Below are positions 62,591 through 64,000 of a DNA stretch of 64,000 nt, in pieces (position 1 is the first letter of the stretch; the number at the start of each line of letters is the position of its first letter). Source of the stretch: Octopus vulgaris (lineage: Eukaryota); NCBI GenBank assembly GCA_951406725.2, contig OX597817.1, forward strand, positions 35,092,001-35,156,000, given 5' to 3'. Made by a program: the position numbers and the translations under genes. The notes beneath the pieces are model-generated. The model searched no databases. It was not told the origin of the DNA and saw only the letters and a list, made by a program, of their open reading frames with translations.

Positions 62591-63621
62591 TGTAATTCAT
62601 GCCTACTGAAGCTGAAAATTGAACAGTGACCACAATAACTAGACATCATGGCCTCCTGTCCTAATCTATCTTTTGAAATAGGAAAACCAATACAGCAAAC
62701 CAATCCATCAGTATTAATGGAACCATTTCAGCACGAAATGAAATCTCTGAAAATCTTAATGAACCTAAATCTTATTATCCATCCATTTTATTTCATATTA
62801 TATCCCAGACCCCCCAAAGTGATTCACTTGCATCACATTATTTTTTACTGAAAGCTGAACAGAATGAAATACAATACAGTTTAATGTAATATAGTGTAAC
62901 CTAACATTGTCACTCAGTGTGCTCCTTTCTATCACTTTTCACTTCAGTGAATTTAGCTTTTGTCTGAAGAATACTAAAAAGAAACAAAGTATTTTGGAGA
63001 CTTCCACCAAGACATGCTTATCTTAAACAGGCGATTTGTGAATTACCCATTAAGCATGAATAAGATTGTGTTGAGATCAATTCAATTCAAATGTCCTCCA
63101 TTAAAATTCATATTTTGTCTTTTCTTTTTGACAAAAACATTAATGATTTCTAGTCCACAAAGTTTTAATATAATCTAAATATATGCAACAATATATTCAT
63201 AATAAATATCTATGATATACATGTGTGTGTGTGTATCCATACAGACATATACACGCACACACTTGCATGCATATATAGGAGACAGAAAATATTAATTTTT
63301 TTTATCTTTAGTAATGCTATTTCCATTTTCTTTTTAATATCATAACATTCTATATAATGACAAATTTCTGTTTTTACTAATGGACAAATTTATCTAAATG
63401 TGTTGTATCTAAATATCTTTCTTACTAATGTGTCAAAAACCATTTACAAACTTGCTGCTATTTTCAATCCAAATTATTAACAGCCTTACTTTGTAAGTAT
63501 ATCGGTATGTTTATGAATGTGTGGATGTTTTTGGTTTTGAATTTATGTGTGTATCCGTAAGTGTATGGTTGAAAGTTGTAGTCATCGTAATTGTAATTAT
63601 CTTCATTATTGCCATTTCTAC

Positions 63622-63653
<32 letters not shown>

Positions 63654-64000
63654 CTGATGCTCATATCATCGGAATTTGTGGGTACATGCATGGCTGTGTG
63701 GTTAAGAAGTTTGCTTCATGATATAGCATGTCCAATGTTCAATTCCTCTATGTGGAACCTTGGGCAAGTTTCTTCTACTATTATTTTGGATACCTTTTGA
63801 ATAAAATGGGGCAGAGGGAAATGTTGCAGAAGCTCATCAAATGAATTGTGTTTGGAGTTTGATGACAGATTTAACCCTTTGGCATTCACATGGCTCTGTC
63901 AAATGTAATGTTCATTTAGTCATGTCGTTTTCAACTGATCATTTATCATCTTGTAGCATAGAGATTTCAATGATGTGATTGTATATTTTCAAAATGACAG

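Noticed and set aside
63781-63800. IILDTF* as the final JmjC exon
   Set aside because: It lies in a family A SINE remnant, has no AG acceptor, and stops before any distal His.

Overview
This is AT-rich, microsatellite- and SINE-dense animal DNA. The repeat families look like those of Octopus (inference from the repeat landscape). Two divergently oriented protein-coding genes are supported by frame-consistent GT-AG splice sites. The first is a complete two-exon Nodal-type TGF-beta ligand on the minus strand (7461-7119 + 3307-2385, 421 aa). The second is the first three coding exons of a membrane-anchored JmjC/cupin-like protein on the plus strand (45026-45756, 54721-54856, 59668-59800), which appears to continue past the window. 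About 11 kb of the intergenic space (22041-33060) recurs almost identically after a 100-N gap (33161-44267). This is most likely an uncollapsed haplotype, and comparing the copies exposes indel and retro-insertion polymorphisms. The rest consists of tRNA-derived SINEs, RTE LINE fragments, mariner, hAT and piggyBac MITEs, Helitrons, a probable LTR and simple repeats. The most interesting non-genic signal is a set of short, mostly microsatellite-adjacent elements carrying Penelope-type minimal hammerhead ribozyme motifs, several with a CCGA rather than CUGA core, plus recurrent fold-back palindromes. Almost all ORFs in the supplied track are microsatellite or SINE artefacts.
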